A stretch of DNA of 64,000 bases from NCBI GenBank assembly GCA_024707365.1, contig JANPZV010000002.1, positions 80,558 through 144,557 of the forward strand, written 5' to 3'. Origin of the DNA: Terricaulis sp. (GTDB lineage: Bacteria > Pseudomonadota > Alphaproteobacteria > Caulobacterales > Aquidulcibacteraceae). This document shows, piece by piece, positions 44,160-53,427 of this stretch. Below the pieces are notes generated by a model that was given only the letters and a program-made list of their open reading frames with translations, was not told the DNA's origin and did not search any database. The position numbers and the translations under genes are program-made. The first letter of the stretch is position 1. Each line of letters starts with the position of its first letter.

Positions 44160-45232
44160 TCAACGCTGGGCCACAACAGCTTCGGCGTAGCCCATGCCCG
44201 CAAGCGTGCGGCGGGCGGCGTCGGCTTCAGCCGCACTGGCGAAGGGGCCGACGCGCACGCGGAAGAGTTCCGCGCCCGCCGCGGTGCGGCGCACGTCGAT
44301 CTCCACCGGCCCAGCCGCCTCAGCGCTGGCGCGCACGCGCTGGGCGTTGCCCGGATCGGAGAACGCACCGACCTGGACCACATAGGCGCCATGGGGCGCG
44401 GCGTAGGCGGCTTGCTGCGGCGCCGCGGCGCTCCAGGCGGGCGCAGGCTCAGCCGGGGCGCGCGCAGGGGTCAGCTGCATGGGGCCGCCGGCGAGGGCGT
44501 CATCGGCTTGCACGCGTGGCGCGGGCGCGGCGGCAGGACGAGGGGCCTCTCCATCGGCGTTCACCCGGCGCGGGGCGGGGCCGAGATAGCGGACATGCAC
44601 GCGCGCGCGCCCTTCCCGCTCAAAGCCCAGCGCCTGCGCGCCGGCGCGGCTCACATCGATCAGCCGCTCATCCACGTAAGGCCCGCGATCATTGATGCGG
44701 ACGATGATTTCGCGGCCATTGGCCAGATTGGTGACTTGCACGAGGCTGTTGAGCGGCAGCGTGGGATGGGCGGCCGTCATCGCGTTTTCGTCATATGTTT
44801 CGGCATTGGCGGCGCGCTGGCCGTGAAAGCCGGGGCCATACCAGGAAGCCTCGCCCACCTCTTCATAGCCAGGCTCGGGCGTGGGCACATACCAGCGCCC
44901 GTTCGCTTCATAGGGCGGGCCTACACGCTCGCGCTCAAGCCAAGGCTGAGCCCCTCTTCGCCCGCAAGCACCACTTGCGGCGTTTCCGGCTGCGCGGCGG
45001 GCGCGTTGGCGCTCGGGCGGCGCAAATCGATCACGCCATCGCCGCGCGCCTGTACATGGCCATAGCCGTAGGAATTGTCGTCAGCGCCGGCGAGGCGATC
45101 CGGCAGGGCGGCGATCTCGATCGCCGCCGCCGCCGGGGCTGGGGCGCCCTGCCCCGCATATTGGATCGGCGCCTGCGCAGCGGCGGCGCCGGCCATGGCG
45201 GTGAAAGCAACGAGCGGGATCAAAAAACGCAT
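44160..45232 (-). CDS. rlpA: RlpA-family lytic transglycosylase with SPOR domain (apparent frameshift ~44945)
   Basis: GEASWYG..FHG, TAAHPTLP, RINDRGP, IDVS and SPOR VQVGAFSD..NA. Signal peptide is in ORF 44921-45232. Confidence 0.88.
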
Positions 45233-45338
45233 GCGCAGGCCCTGCGAGCTAAGCTTAAGCGCCGCGTTATACGCGAGAGGGTCTTGAGCCTGGGTAAGCG
45301 AGCGTGCTTAGCGCGCGTTAATCTGCAGGGCGAAACGC

Positions 45339-45428
45339 TGGCGGATGGGGTGGGATTCGAACCCACGGAGGGCTTGCACCCTCGCCGGTTTTCAAGACCG
45401 GTGCCTTAAACCACTCGGCCACCCATCC
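45339..45428 (-). tRNA. tRNA-Ser (anticodon TGA)
   Basis: Minus strand GGATGGGTGGCCGAGTGGTTTAAGGCACCGGTC-TTGAAA-ACCGG, long variable arm, GGTTCGAATCC, ends GCCA; 90 nt. Confidence 0.97.
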
Positions 45429-45482
45429 GGGGCGCCTCCCCTAGCAGCGGCGCTCCCGGTCTGCAACGCAGCAGGGCGTTTC

Positions 45483-46130
45483 TTAGCTGAGCGCCGCCTC
45501 GAACGGCGCGGCGGTTTTGGCGGTGATTTCCTCAAGCGTCACGCCGTCCGCCAGCTGGATCAGCTTCATCGGGGCCGCGCCCGCCTTATCGATCGCAAAC
45601 ACGCCAAGATCGGTGATGACGAGATCGACCACGTTCACGCCCGTCAGCGGCAGCGTGCAGGCGGGCAGCAGCTTGGAGGCGCCGTCTTTCGAGGTATGCT
45701 CCATCACCACCACCACGCGCTTGACGCCGGCGACGAGATCCATCGCCCCGCCCATGCCTTTGACCATCTTGCCCGGCACCATCCAATTGGCGAGATCGCC
45801 GCGATCGCTCACTTCCATGGCGCCGAGGATCGAAAGATCGATGTGCCCGCCGCGGATCATGGCGAATGAATCCGCAGATGAGAAATACGAGGTTTTTGCG
45901 AGCGCCGTGATGGTTTGCTTGCCGGCGTTGATGAGATCGGCGTCCACCTCATCGTCAAACGGGAACGGGCCCATGCCCAGCATGCCGTTCTCCGATTGCA
46001 GCGTCACTTCCATGCCTTGGGGGATGTAGTTCGCCACAAGCGTCGGGATGCCGATGCCGAGATTGACGTAGAAGCCGTCACGCAATTCCTTCGCGGCGCG
46101 CTGGGCGAGTTGTTCGCGGGACCAAGCCAT
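45483..46130 (-). CDS. scoB: 3-oxoacid CoA-transferase subunit B
   Basis: YVNLGIGIPT, QSENG and GMGGAMDLV motifs. Confidence 0.93.
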   Translation of the reverse strand: MAWSREQLAQRAAKELRDGFYVNLGIGIPTLVANYIPQGMEVTLQSENGMLGMGPFPFDDEVDADLINAGKQTITALAKTSYFSSADSFAMIRGGHIDLSILGAMEVSDRGDLANWMVPGKMVKGMGGAMDLVAGVKRVVVVMEHTSKDGASKLLPACTLPLTGVNVVDLVITDLGVFAIDKAGAAPMKLIQLADGVTLEEITAKTAAPFEAALS

Positions 46131-46837
46131 TATGCACTCTCCCGCTGGCGCACGGTGCGCTGTTCAATGCGTTTTTCAAACGCGCCTTTGACGATCCGAT
46201 CGACGTAAATGCCCGGCGTGTGAATCTCATCGGGATCAAGCTCGCCGGTGGGCACAAGGATTTCGACTTCGGCGACGCATTTCTTGCCGGCCGTGGCCAT
46301 CATCGGATTAAAGTTGCGCGCGGTTTTGCGGAAGATGAGGTTGCCCTCCTCATCGCCCTTCCAGGCTTTGACGATCGAAAGATCGGCGACGAGCCCGGTT
46401 TCGAGCACGTAGGTTTCGCCGTTGAACACCTTGGTTTCCTTGCCCTCGGCCACCAGCGTGCCCACGCCCGTTTTGGTGTAGAACCCCGCGATCCCGGCGC
46501 CGCCGGCGCGGCAGCGCTCAGCCAGGGTGCCTTGCGGGTTGAATTCAAGCTCAAGCTCGCCGGCGAGGAATTGGCGCGCGAACTCTTTGTTCTCGCCGAC
46601 ATAGGACGAGACCATCTTCTTGATCTGCTTGGTTTCGAGCAAAAGCCCCAGGCCCCAGCCGTCAACGCCCGCATTGTTGGAGATCACGGTGATGCCGGAA
46701 ACGCCGCTATCGCGCAGGGCGATGATGAGATTCTCGGGGATGCCGCAAAGGCCAAAGCCCCCGCTCATCACAATCATGCCGTCGAATGTCAGCCCCTCCA
46801 GGGCCGACTTGGCGTCGGAATAGACCTTATTGACCAT
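46130..46837 (-). CDS. scoA: 3-oxoacid CoA-transferase subunit A
   Basis: GGFGLCGIPENLI, SYVGEN, PQGTLAER and KTARNFNP motifs. Confidence 0.93.
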   Translation of the reverse strand: MVNKVYSDAKSALEGLTFDGMIVMSGGFGLCGIPENLIIALRDSGVSGITVISNNAGVDGWGLGLLLETKQIKKMVSSYVGENKEFARQFLAGELELEFNPQGTLAERCRAGGAGIAGFYTKTGVGTLVAEGKETKVFNGETYVLETGLVADLSIVKAWKGDEEGNLIFRKTARNFNPMMATAGKKCVAEVEILVPTGELDPDEIHTPGIYVDRIVKGAFEKRIEQRTVRQRESA

Positions 46838-46924
46838 GGCGCGTCCCTTGTTTCCGCCCCCTGTTACGTAGCGGCGCGCTGCAGCGCAACATGCCTTGGC
46901 GGAAATTCAAGTTTCATGTTTACG

Positions 46925-47042
46925 GAAACAAATTGCGCCGGCGGCTGAGCCGGCCGCCGGCGCTTTGTTTCACCCCGTTTCCGAGATGAGAACCTGGCCC
47001 CGGTGCGAGCGAGGGACGAAAAATCGCCCAGGACCGGGGCTC
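46925..47042 (-). ncRNA. Candidate trans-acting sRNA (three hairpins, UUUUUCGUCCC loop, terminator)
   Basis: Minus strand: GCCCCGGT..GGGCGA[TTTTTCGTCCC]TCGCTC..ACCGGGGC; TCATCTCG[GAAA]CGGGGTGA; 11-bp GC stem then AATTTGTTT. TAGGAT -10-like hexamer upstream. Confidence 0.55.
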
Positions 47043-47061
47043 AATAAATCCTATCCCGGTT

Positions 47062-47076
47062 GAACCGCGCCTGAAC
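47062..47076. promoter_or_regulatory. Direct repeat TGAAC-N6-TGAAC (also GAAC-N7-GAAC) at the -35 position of the candidate sRNA
   Basis: tGAACCGCGCCTGAAC has an 11-bp period. It could be an OmpR-type or a LexA site; the GC-rich spacer is atypical for LexA. Confidence 0.45.
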
Positions 47077-47083
47077 GGAAAAA

Positions 47084-48183
47084 TCAGCTTCGCGGGGCCA
47101 CGCCCCAATCTTTCAGCACCGCCTCGGCATCCGCGCCGAGCGCCGGCGCCGGGCCTTGGATCTTGCTCGGCGTGCGCGAGAAGCGCGGCGCGGGCGCGGG
47201 CTGGATGAGGCCTGCCACCTCCTCAAACGCGCCGCGCGCGCGATTGTGCGGATGAGCCGGCGCTTCGGCCATGGTCAGCACTGGGGCAAAGCAGGCGTCC
47301 GTGCCTTCAAGCAGCGCGCTCCATTCATCGCGGGTTTTGGTTTTGATGCGCGCGGCAATCTTTTCGCTGAGCGCGGGCCATTCGCTTTTCAGCATCTGCG
47401 CGCCGAAGGCGGCGTCATCTTTCAATTCCAGCTTCTCAAGCAGCAGCGCGTAAAATTGCGGCTCGATCGCGCCGATCGACACGTACTTGCCGTCAGCGGT
47501 TTCATACACGTCATAGAAGTGCGCGCCGCCATCGAGCAGATTGGCGTCGCGCTCATCTGTCCAAATCCCGTTCGCGCGCAGGCCGAACATCACGCTGAGC
47601 AGCGAAGCGGTTCCATCCGTGATCGCCGCATCCACCACTTGGCCTTGCCCTGAGCGCTGGGCTTCAAACAACGCCGCGCACACGCCCATCGCCAGATAGA
47701 GCGCCCCTCCCCCGTAATCGCCAACGAGATTGAGCGGCGGAGAGGGGGCTCGCCCTTGCGGCCCATCGCATGAAGCGCGCCGGAGATCGCGATGTAATTG
47801 AGATCATGCCCCGCGGCGTGCGCCAGCGGCCCGTCCTGGCCCCAGCCGGTCATGCGGCCGTAGACAAGCTTTGCGTTGCGCGCGAGCGCCACATCAGGCC
47901 CAAGCCCCAAGCGCTCCATCACGCCGGGGCGGAAGCCTTCGATCAGCACGTCCGCTTTCTCGACCAAAGCCAGCGCCAGTTCGACATCGGCCGGCTGCTT
48001 CAAATCCAGCGCCATCGATCGGCGCCCGCGCCCGGTTACGTCATGGGCCATGACGCGCGCGCCGGCGCGGTCGATGCGCACCACGTCCGCGCCCATATCC
48101 GAGAGCAGCATGCAGCAGAACGGCCCAGGGCCAATGCCCGCAAACTCGACAACCCGCACGCCTTTGAGTGGTCCTGAAGCCAT
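47084..48183 (-). CDS. CaiB/BaiF CoA-transferase family III / alpha-methylacyl-CoA racemase-like (apparent frameshift ~47740)
   Basis: [44 protein letters not shown] and [10 protein letters not shown] motifs. Confidence 0.9.
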
Positions 48184-48295
48184 TTTCCGCCCTTGTTTAC
48201 CATTGTTTACCGTGCTGGTTTGCTTCCAGCGGCGTTGCCGCCATACACTGGCACAACCTCCGCCGCTTAGGGCAGGGGCGCCGGAGCGTTAACCC

Positions 48296-49589
48296 TTGCG
48301 CATAATCGTGCGTTGCCCTGATGCGCGCGTCGCCCGCGACACGCAGGCGCGCCTGGCTGCGGCTGAGATCGAGGCGCTCGCCCTGCCCGGCCCGCCGCGC
48401 GATGCGCCGCAGGGCCAAGACATCATCATCGTGCCGGCGCCCGATGGCGATGCAGCGCCCCTTTCCGACTATGCGCATGCCGAAGGCGCGCTGGTTTCGG
48501 TTGTTGGCTTGCCAAGCGCGCGGCCGCCTGAGCTTGGCTTGCGCGGGCTCAAGGGCTTTAGCGCGGCGATCGCCATGGACGGGTCCGCGCCTGTGTTGGC
48601 CGCGCAGATTGAGGCTTTGACGCGCGTTGCGGTGATTGAAGAAGAGCGCGTGCGCCGCATGCTGACCGCGCACGCGCTCGGCAGCGCCCAGCCCAGCGCG
48701 CCTGAGCCGCGCAAGCTCAAAGCGCTCTATATCGGCGCGCCGAGCCCGGCCTTCCTCACGCTTGAGCGCGCCTTTAGCGAGCATGGCGGGCTGGTGGCCG
48801 CCGCGTTCTCTTCCTTCGCCGGGTTTGACCATCTGCACGATGAGTATTTCGACGCTGTCGTGCTCAATGGCGCGCAGCAAAGCGCCACCGCGCTTTCGCT
48901 TTGCGCGGCGCTGCGGCGCAATGCGAGCCTCTATCATTTGCCGACGATGGTGATCACGGCGGCCGGCGATCACGCCACCGCGCAAGCGGCGTATCATCGC
49001 GGCGCTGCAGCGGTGGCGGCCGATAACGCCCCTTCCGCGCGCGGCGCTTGGCTGGCTGTTTGAAGCGATCCGCCGTGAGCGGCGCCGGCGCGCGGCTGAG
49101 CACGATCTGCGCGCCTTGCGCGATCTCATGGGCGATGTGCGCACCGGGCTGTTCCGGCGTGAGGCGTTTGACCTCCACCTTGCACGGCTCGCCGCCGAAC
49201 ATCACCTGACCGGACGGCCTTTGGGGCTTTCTGTGCTGCGCATGCTGCAGGCGCCGGGCGCGCGCGAGGCCGATCCGCAAGTGTGGAAGCGCGGCTTTTC
49301 CGAAATCGCCAGCCTTGCCGCGCGGCTGATGCGCGAAGCCGATTGCGGCGCCGCCATTGGCGATGACGTGATCGCCATCGCCCTCCCCGCCGCCGGTCTC
49401 AAAGCCGCGCGCCGCACGGCCGAGCGCATCGCTTCGGTGGCCGAATGCACCGCCTTTGCAGCCGGCGATAACGGCGCGGGCCCGCTGGTGTTCGAGCAAA
49501 GCGCGGTGGAATTGCAGCCGGGCGAAAGCGGCCCCGGCATGCTGGCGCGCGCGCTCTATGCGCTCGATGTGCAGGCGATCCCGGCTTAA
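48296..49589 (+). CDS. popA: PopA-like c-di-GMP effector (degenerate receivers and GGDEF; apparent frameshift ~49040)
   Basis: AF.S.AGFDHLH...FDAVVL, LRRNASLYHLP, TGLFRREAF..HLARL, I-site RxxD (READ), no GGDEF, AERIASVAECTAF. Adjacent to mfd. Confidence 0.75.
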
Positions 49590-52500
49590 GCGGCCTTTCG
49601 GGCGCTGAGGCGCGCGATGTTTTCAAGTACGGCGCGCAGCGCTTTGAGGCGCGAGGTGGCGTCGATCCAGCCGCCTTGGACGACGAGCTTGCCATCGGGG
49701 CGCATCTTGAAATCATCCGGCCGCTCCTGAACGAAGCGCACGAGCGCGAGCGGATCGGGGAAGCCGGTTTCGCGGAAGGTGAGCACAGCGCCCTTGGGGC
49801 CGGCGTCTAGCTTGGCGATCTGGCAGCGGCGGCAGAGCGCCTTGAGCGCGGCCACGGCGATGAGCTGATCGGCCTCGGCCGGCAGCGGGCCGAAGCGATC
49901 GATCATCTCGGCGGCGAAGGCTTCGCGCTCATCGTCGGAATCGAGTTCGGCTAGGCGCCGATAGAGCGCAAGCCGCACGGTGAGATCAGCGACATAATCC
50001 TCCGGGATCAGCACCGAAGCGCCGACATTGATCTGCGGCGACCAGGATTTTTCGCTGACGGCTTCTTCCTTGCCCTCGCGCAGCGCCTGCACCGCCTCTT
50101 CGAGCATGGATTGATAAAGCTCAACGCCCACCTCGCGGATATGGCCGGTTTGTTCTTCGCCCAAGAGATTGCCGCCGCCGCGCATGTCGAGATCGTGGCT
50201 CGCCAGCGTAAAGCCGGCGCCGAGGCTATCGAGCGAGGCCAGCACTTTGAGGCGCTTCTCTGCGCTGATCGTCAGCGATTGCTCGGCCGCGGTGGTGAGA
50301 TAGGCGTAGCCGCGCACTTTGGAGCGGCCCACGCGCCCGCGCAGCTGATAGAGCTGCGCCAGGCCAAACATATCGGCGCGGAACACAACAAGCGTGTTGG
50401 CGCGCGGAATATCGAGGCCGCTTTCCACGATCGAGGTGGAAACCAGAACATCAAACGCGCCGTCATAGAATTGCGTCATCAGCTCATCGAGCTGGCTTGG
50501 CGGCATTTGCCCATGCGCGACCGCGAACGTCACCTCCGGCACTTGGCGGCGGAGGAAATCGGAAATCTCATCGAGATCGCTGATGCGCGGGGAGACGAAA
50601 AAGCTTTGCCCGCCGCGATATTTCTCGCGCAGCAACGCCTCGCGCACGGTGACGCCGTCAAACGGGGTCACGTATGTGCGCACGGCCATGCGGTCGATCG
50701 GCGGAGTGGTGATGAGGCTCATCTCACGGATGCCGGCGAGCGCGAGTTGCAGCGTGCGCGGGATGGGCGTCGCCGAAAGCGTCAGCGCGTGCACATCGGC
50801 GCGCATCTCCTTGAGGCGCTCTTTGTGTTTAACGCCAAAATGCTGCTCCTCATCCATGATCATCATGCCGAGATCGCGGAATTGGACTTGTTTGGAGAGC
50901 AAAGCATGCGTGCCGACGACGATCTCGATCGTGCCGTCGGCAAGGCCGGCGCGGGTTTCGGCCGCTTCCTTGTTGGCGACAAGCCGCGAGAGCTGGCGCA
51001 CGCGGATCGGCAAGCCGCGGAAACGCTCGGCGAAGGTGCGGAAATGCTGGCGGCAGAGCAGCGTGGTGGGCGTCACCACCGCGACTTGCTTGCCTGTCAT
51101 GGCCACCAGGAACGCCGCGCGCAGCGCCACTTCGGTTTTGCCGAAGCCGACATCGCCGCAGATCAAGCGATCCATCGGCTTGCCGGAGGCAAGATCGCCC
51201 ATCACGTCATCAATGGCGCCAAGCTGATCTTCGGTTTCCTCATAAGGAAAGCGCGCGCAGAATTCGTCCCACAGCCCTTCGGGCGCAGCCACAGGCTCGG
51301 CCTCGCGAGTGGCGCGCTGGGCGGCGATGCGCAGCAGCTCTTCGGCCATATCGCGTAGGCGCTGCTTGGCGCGCGCTTTGCGGCTCTGCCAGGCGACGCC
51401 GCCAAGCTTATCAAGCTGCGCTTCGGTGCCCTCTGCGCCATAGCGGGTGATGAGCTCAAAGTTCTCCACCGGCAGATAAAGCTTATCGCCGCCGTGATAG
51501 CCGAGATCCAAACAATCGTGCGGGGCGCCGTTTACATCGAGCGTCTTGAGCCCGTCATAGCGGCCAACGCCGTGATCCTGGTGGACGATGAGATCGCCCG
51601 GCGAAAGCGCGGAGGCTTCGGCGATCACGTTCGCCGCGCGGCGGCGCTTGCGCGGGCGCGCCAGGCGATCGCCGAGAATGTCCTGCTCGGCCAGTATGGC
51701 GAGCGCTTCGGTTTCAAAGCCGCGCTCGAGCGGCAGCACCGCCAGCCCCGGCGCCTCGCGCGGGGCGTTGGCGGCATCGCGCCAGGAGCCGGCGCGATAG
51801 AGCGATTGCACGCCATGATCGGCCAACACGCCGGCCAAACGCTCAGCCGAGCCCTCTGACCACGCCGCGATCAGCACGCGCTTCTTGCTCTTCAGCAGCG
51901 CAGCAACATGCTTGGCCGCCGCTTCAAACACGTTGGCGTCCACGGTTTGACGCTCGGCGGAGAACTCACGGCCAGGCTTTGCGCCAAGATCGATCTGATG
52001 GCGCGCGTCGCTGTCGAAATGGATGAAGCGGCGCACCGCGCGCGCGCCGAGGGCGCCGGCGAGATCATCTTCCGAAAGATAAAGCGCATCAGGCGCCGGC
52101 GCGCGGAACGGGGTCGCCCCGCGCGGCACTGGGGCTGTGCGGCGCGCTTCATAATGATCGCGCGCGGTTTCGACCCGCTCCCGCAGCGCCTCTTCGGCCA
52201 GCGCGTCAAACGCCACCAGCGCATCGGCGCCGACATAGCTGAACACGGTTTCCAGCCCGTCATAGAAATAGGGCAGCCATTGCTCCACGCCCTGGCGGCG
52301 GATGCGGGCGCTGATGGAATCATACAGCGCATCGCTCACCGCGCCGAAGGCTTGCGAAAAGCGGCGACGGAACAGAAGCACGCTTTGATCATCGAGCAGC
52401 ACTTCGCTGACGGGCGAAAGCAACGCTTCTTTTAGCGGGCGCTTGGAAATCTGCGTTTCGGGATCGAAGGCGCGGATGGCTTCAAGCTCATCGCCGAAGA

Positions 52501-53077
52501 AATCGAACCGCAGCGGCTCGGGCGCGCCGGGCGGGAAGATGTCGATCAGCCCGCCGCGCACCGCGAATTCGCCGGGCGTGCGCACGGTGGAGGAGCGCGC
52601 ATAGCCGTTGACGACGAGATACGCCTCAAGCTCGGCCATCGAGGTTTCGGCGCCGGCCTTGGCCGCATAGGCGGCGGCGGCCATGCGCGCGCGCGGCGGC
52701 ACGCGCTGGGCGACAGCCGATGCGGTGGCGATCACCAACAACGGCCCCGCCCCTTCCGGGCGGCGCGCCAGCATGGCGAGCGCGGCGCAGCGCTGCGCAG
52801 CCACCGTCGCCGCCGGCGAGATGCGGTCATAAGGCAGCGTATCCCAGGCCGGCAGGCGCAGGGTTTCGAGTTCCGGCGCAAAGAAGCGCGCGGCAGCTTC
52901 AAATTGCGAGGCGCGGGTTTCATCGCGCGCCACAAACAGGCTCACCCCGCCGCGCAGGCGCGCAGCTTCGGCAAGGCCGGCCGCATCCGCCCCTTCGGGC
53001 GCCCCGGTGACGACCAGCGCCTCCTTGGCCTTGGCCAGATTGTCGATCAAACGGGCGGAGAGAGCGGTGTCTTTCAT
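49586..53077 (-). CDS. mfd: Transcription-repair coupling factor
   Basis: WDTLPYDRISP, VHQDHGVGRY, CGDVGFGKTEVA, DEEQHFGV, QLRGRVGRS and a TRCF C-terminus. Confidence 0.98.
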   Translation of the reverse strand: MKDTALSARLIDNLAKAKEALVVTGAPEGADAAGLAEAARLRGGVSLFVARDETRASQFEAAARFFAPELETLRLPAWDTLPYDRISPAATVAAQRCAALAMLARRPEGAGPLLVIATASAVAQRVPPRARMAAAAYAAKAGAETSMAELEAYLVVNGYARSSTVRTPGEFAVRGGLIDIFPPGAPEPLRFDFFGDELEAIRAFDPETQISKRPLKEALLSPVSEVLLDDQSVLLFRRRFSQAFGAVSDALYDSISARIRRQGVEQWLPYFYDGLETVFSYVGADALVAFDALAEEALRERVETARDHYEARRTAPVPRGATPFRAPAPDALYLSEDDLAGALGARAVRRFIHFDSDARHQIDLGAKPGREFSAERQTVDANVFEAAAKHVAALLKSKKRVLIAAWSEGSAERLAGVLADHGVQSLYRAGSWRDAANAPREAPGLAVLPLERGFETEALAILAEQDILGDRLARPRKRRRAANVIAEASALSPGDLIVHQDHGVGRYDGLKTLDVNGAPHDCLDLGYHGGDKLYLPVENFELITRYGAEGTEAQLDKLGGVAWQSRKARAKQRLRDMAEELLRIAAQRATREAEPVAAPEGLWDEFCARFPYEETEDQLGAIDDVMGDLASGKPMDRLICGDVGFGKTEVALRAAFLVAMTGKQVAVVTPTTLLCRQHFRTFAERFRGLPIRVRQLSRLVANKEAAETRAGLADGTIEIVVGTHALLSKQVQFRDLGMMIMDEEQHFGVKHKERLKEMRADVHALTLSATPIPRTLQLALAGIREMSLITTPPIDRMAVRTYVTPFDGVTVREALLREKYRGGQSFFVSPRISDLDEISDFLRRQVPEVTFAVAHGQMPPSQLDELMTQFYDGAFDVLVSTSIVESGLDIPRANTLVVFRADMFGLAQLYQLRGRVGRSKVRGYAYLTTAAEQSLTISAEKRLKVLASLDSLGAGFTLASHDLDMRGGGNLLGEEQTGHIREVGVELYQSMLEEAVQALREGKEEAVSEKSWSPQINVGASVLIPEDYVADLTVRLALYRRLAELDSDDEREAFAAEMIDRFGPLPAEADQLIAVAALKALCRRCQIAKLDAGPKGAVLTFRETGFPDPLALVRFVQERPDDFKMRPDGKLVVQGGWIDATSRLKALRAVLENIARLSARKAA

Positions 53078-53340
53078 CAGGAGCGGGCGGCCATTTGGGT
53101 GCGGAACGCGCGAATCTGCTCGAGCGTCGGGGTTTCAAATTCGGCGGGGGCGTCGGCGGCGTCGGTCACCCAGGCATAGACCTCCTGGTCATCGCCGTTG
53201 AGCAGCGCCTCGAACGCGTCAAGCCCCGCATCATCCAAGCTTTCGAGCTTTGAATCGGCAAAAGGCCCTAGAATCAAATCGAGTTCGCGGAAGCCCCGGC
53301 GCCAGGCGCGGAATTTCAGCTTCTTGCGGCGGTCGTCCAT
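53077..53340 (-). CDS. sdhE: Succinate dehydrogenase assembly factor SdhE/Sdh5
   Basis: MDDRRKKLKFRAWRRGFRELDLILG (RGxxE motif). Hidden at the end of a long antisense ORF in the track. Confidence 0.92.
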   Translation of the reverse strand: MDDRRKKLKFRAWRRGFRELDLILGPFADSKLESLDDAGLDAFEALLNGDDQEVYAWVTDAADAPAEFETPTLEQIRAFRTQMAARS

Positions 53341-53427
53341 GTCGTCCGTGCGGGAAAGGGGGCTCGAAGCGGGAGGGCGCGCGCTATAACCCATATGGGC
53401 GCGCGAGTCAGCGCCGCCAGAGACGGA

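Noticed and set aside
45250-45322. TTAA-rich motifs upstream of rlpA as CtrA boxes
   Set aside because: Spacing is N6 or N8 rather than TTAA-N7-TTAA, which is too weak to call.
45339-45428. tRNA-Ser as a possible integration site
   Set aside because: No integrase and no duplicated tRNA 3' end noticed; flanked by core genes rlpA and scoB.
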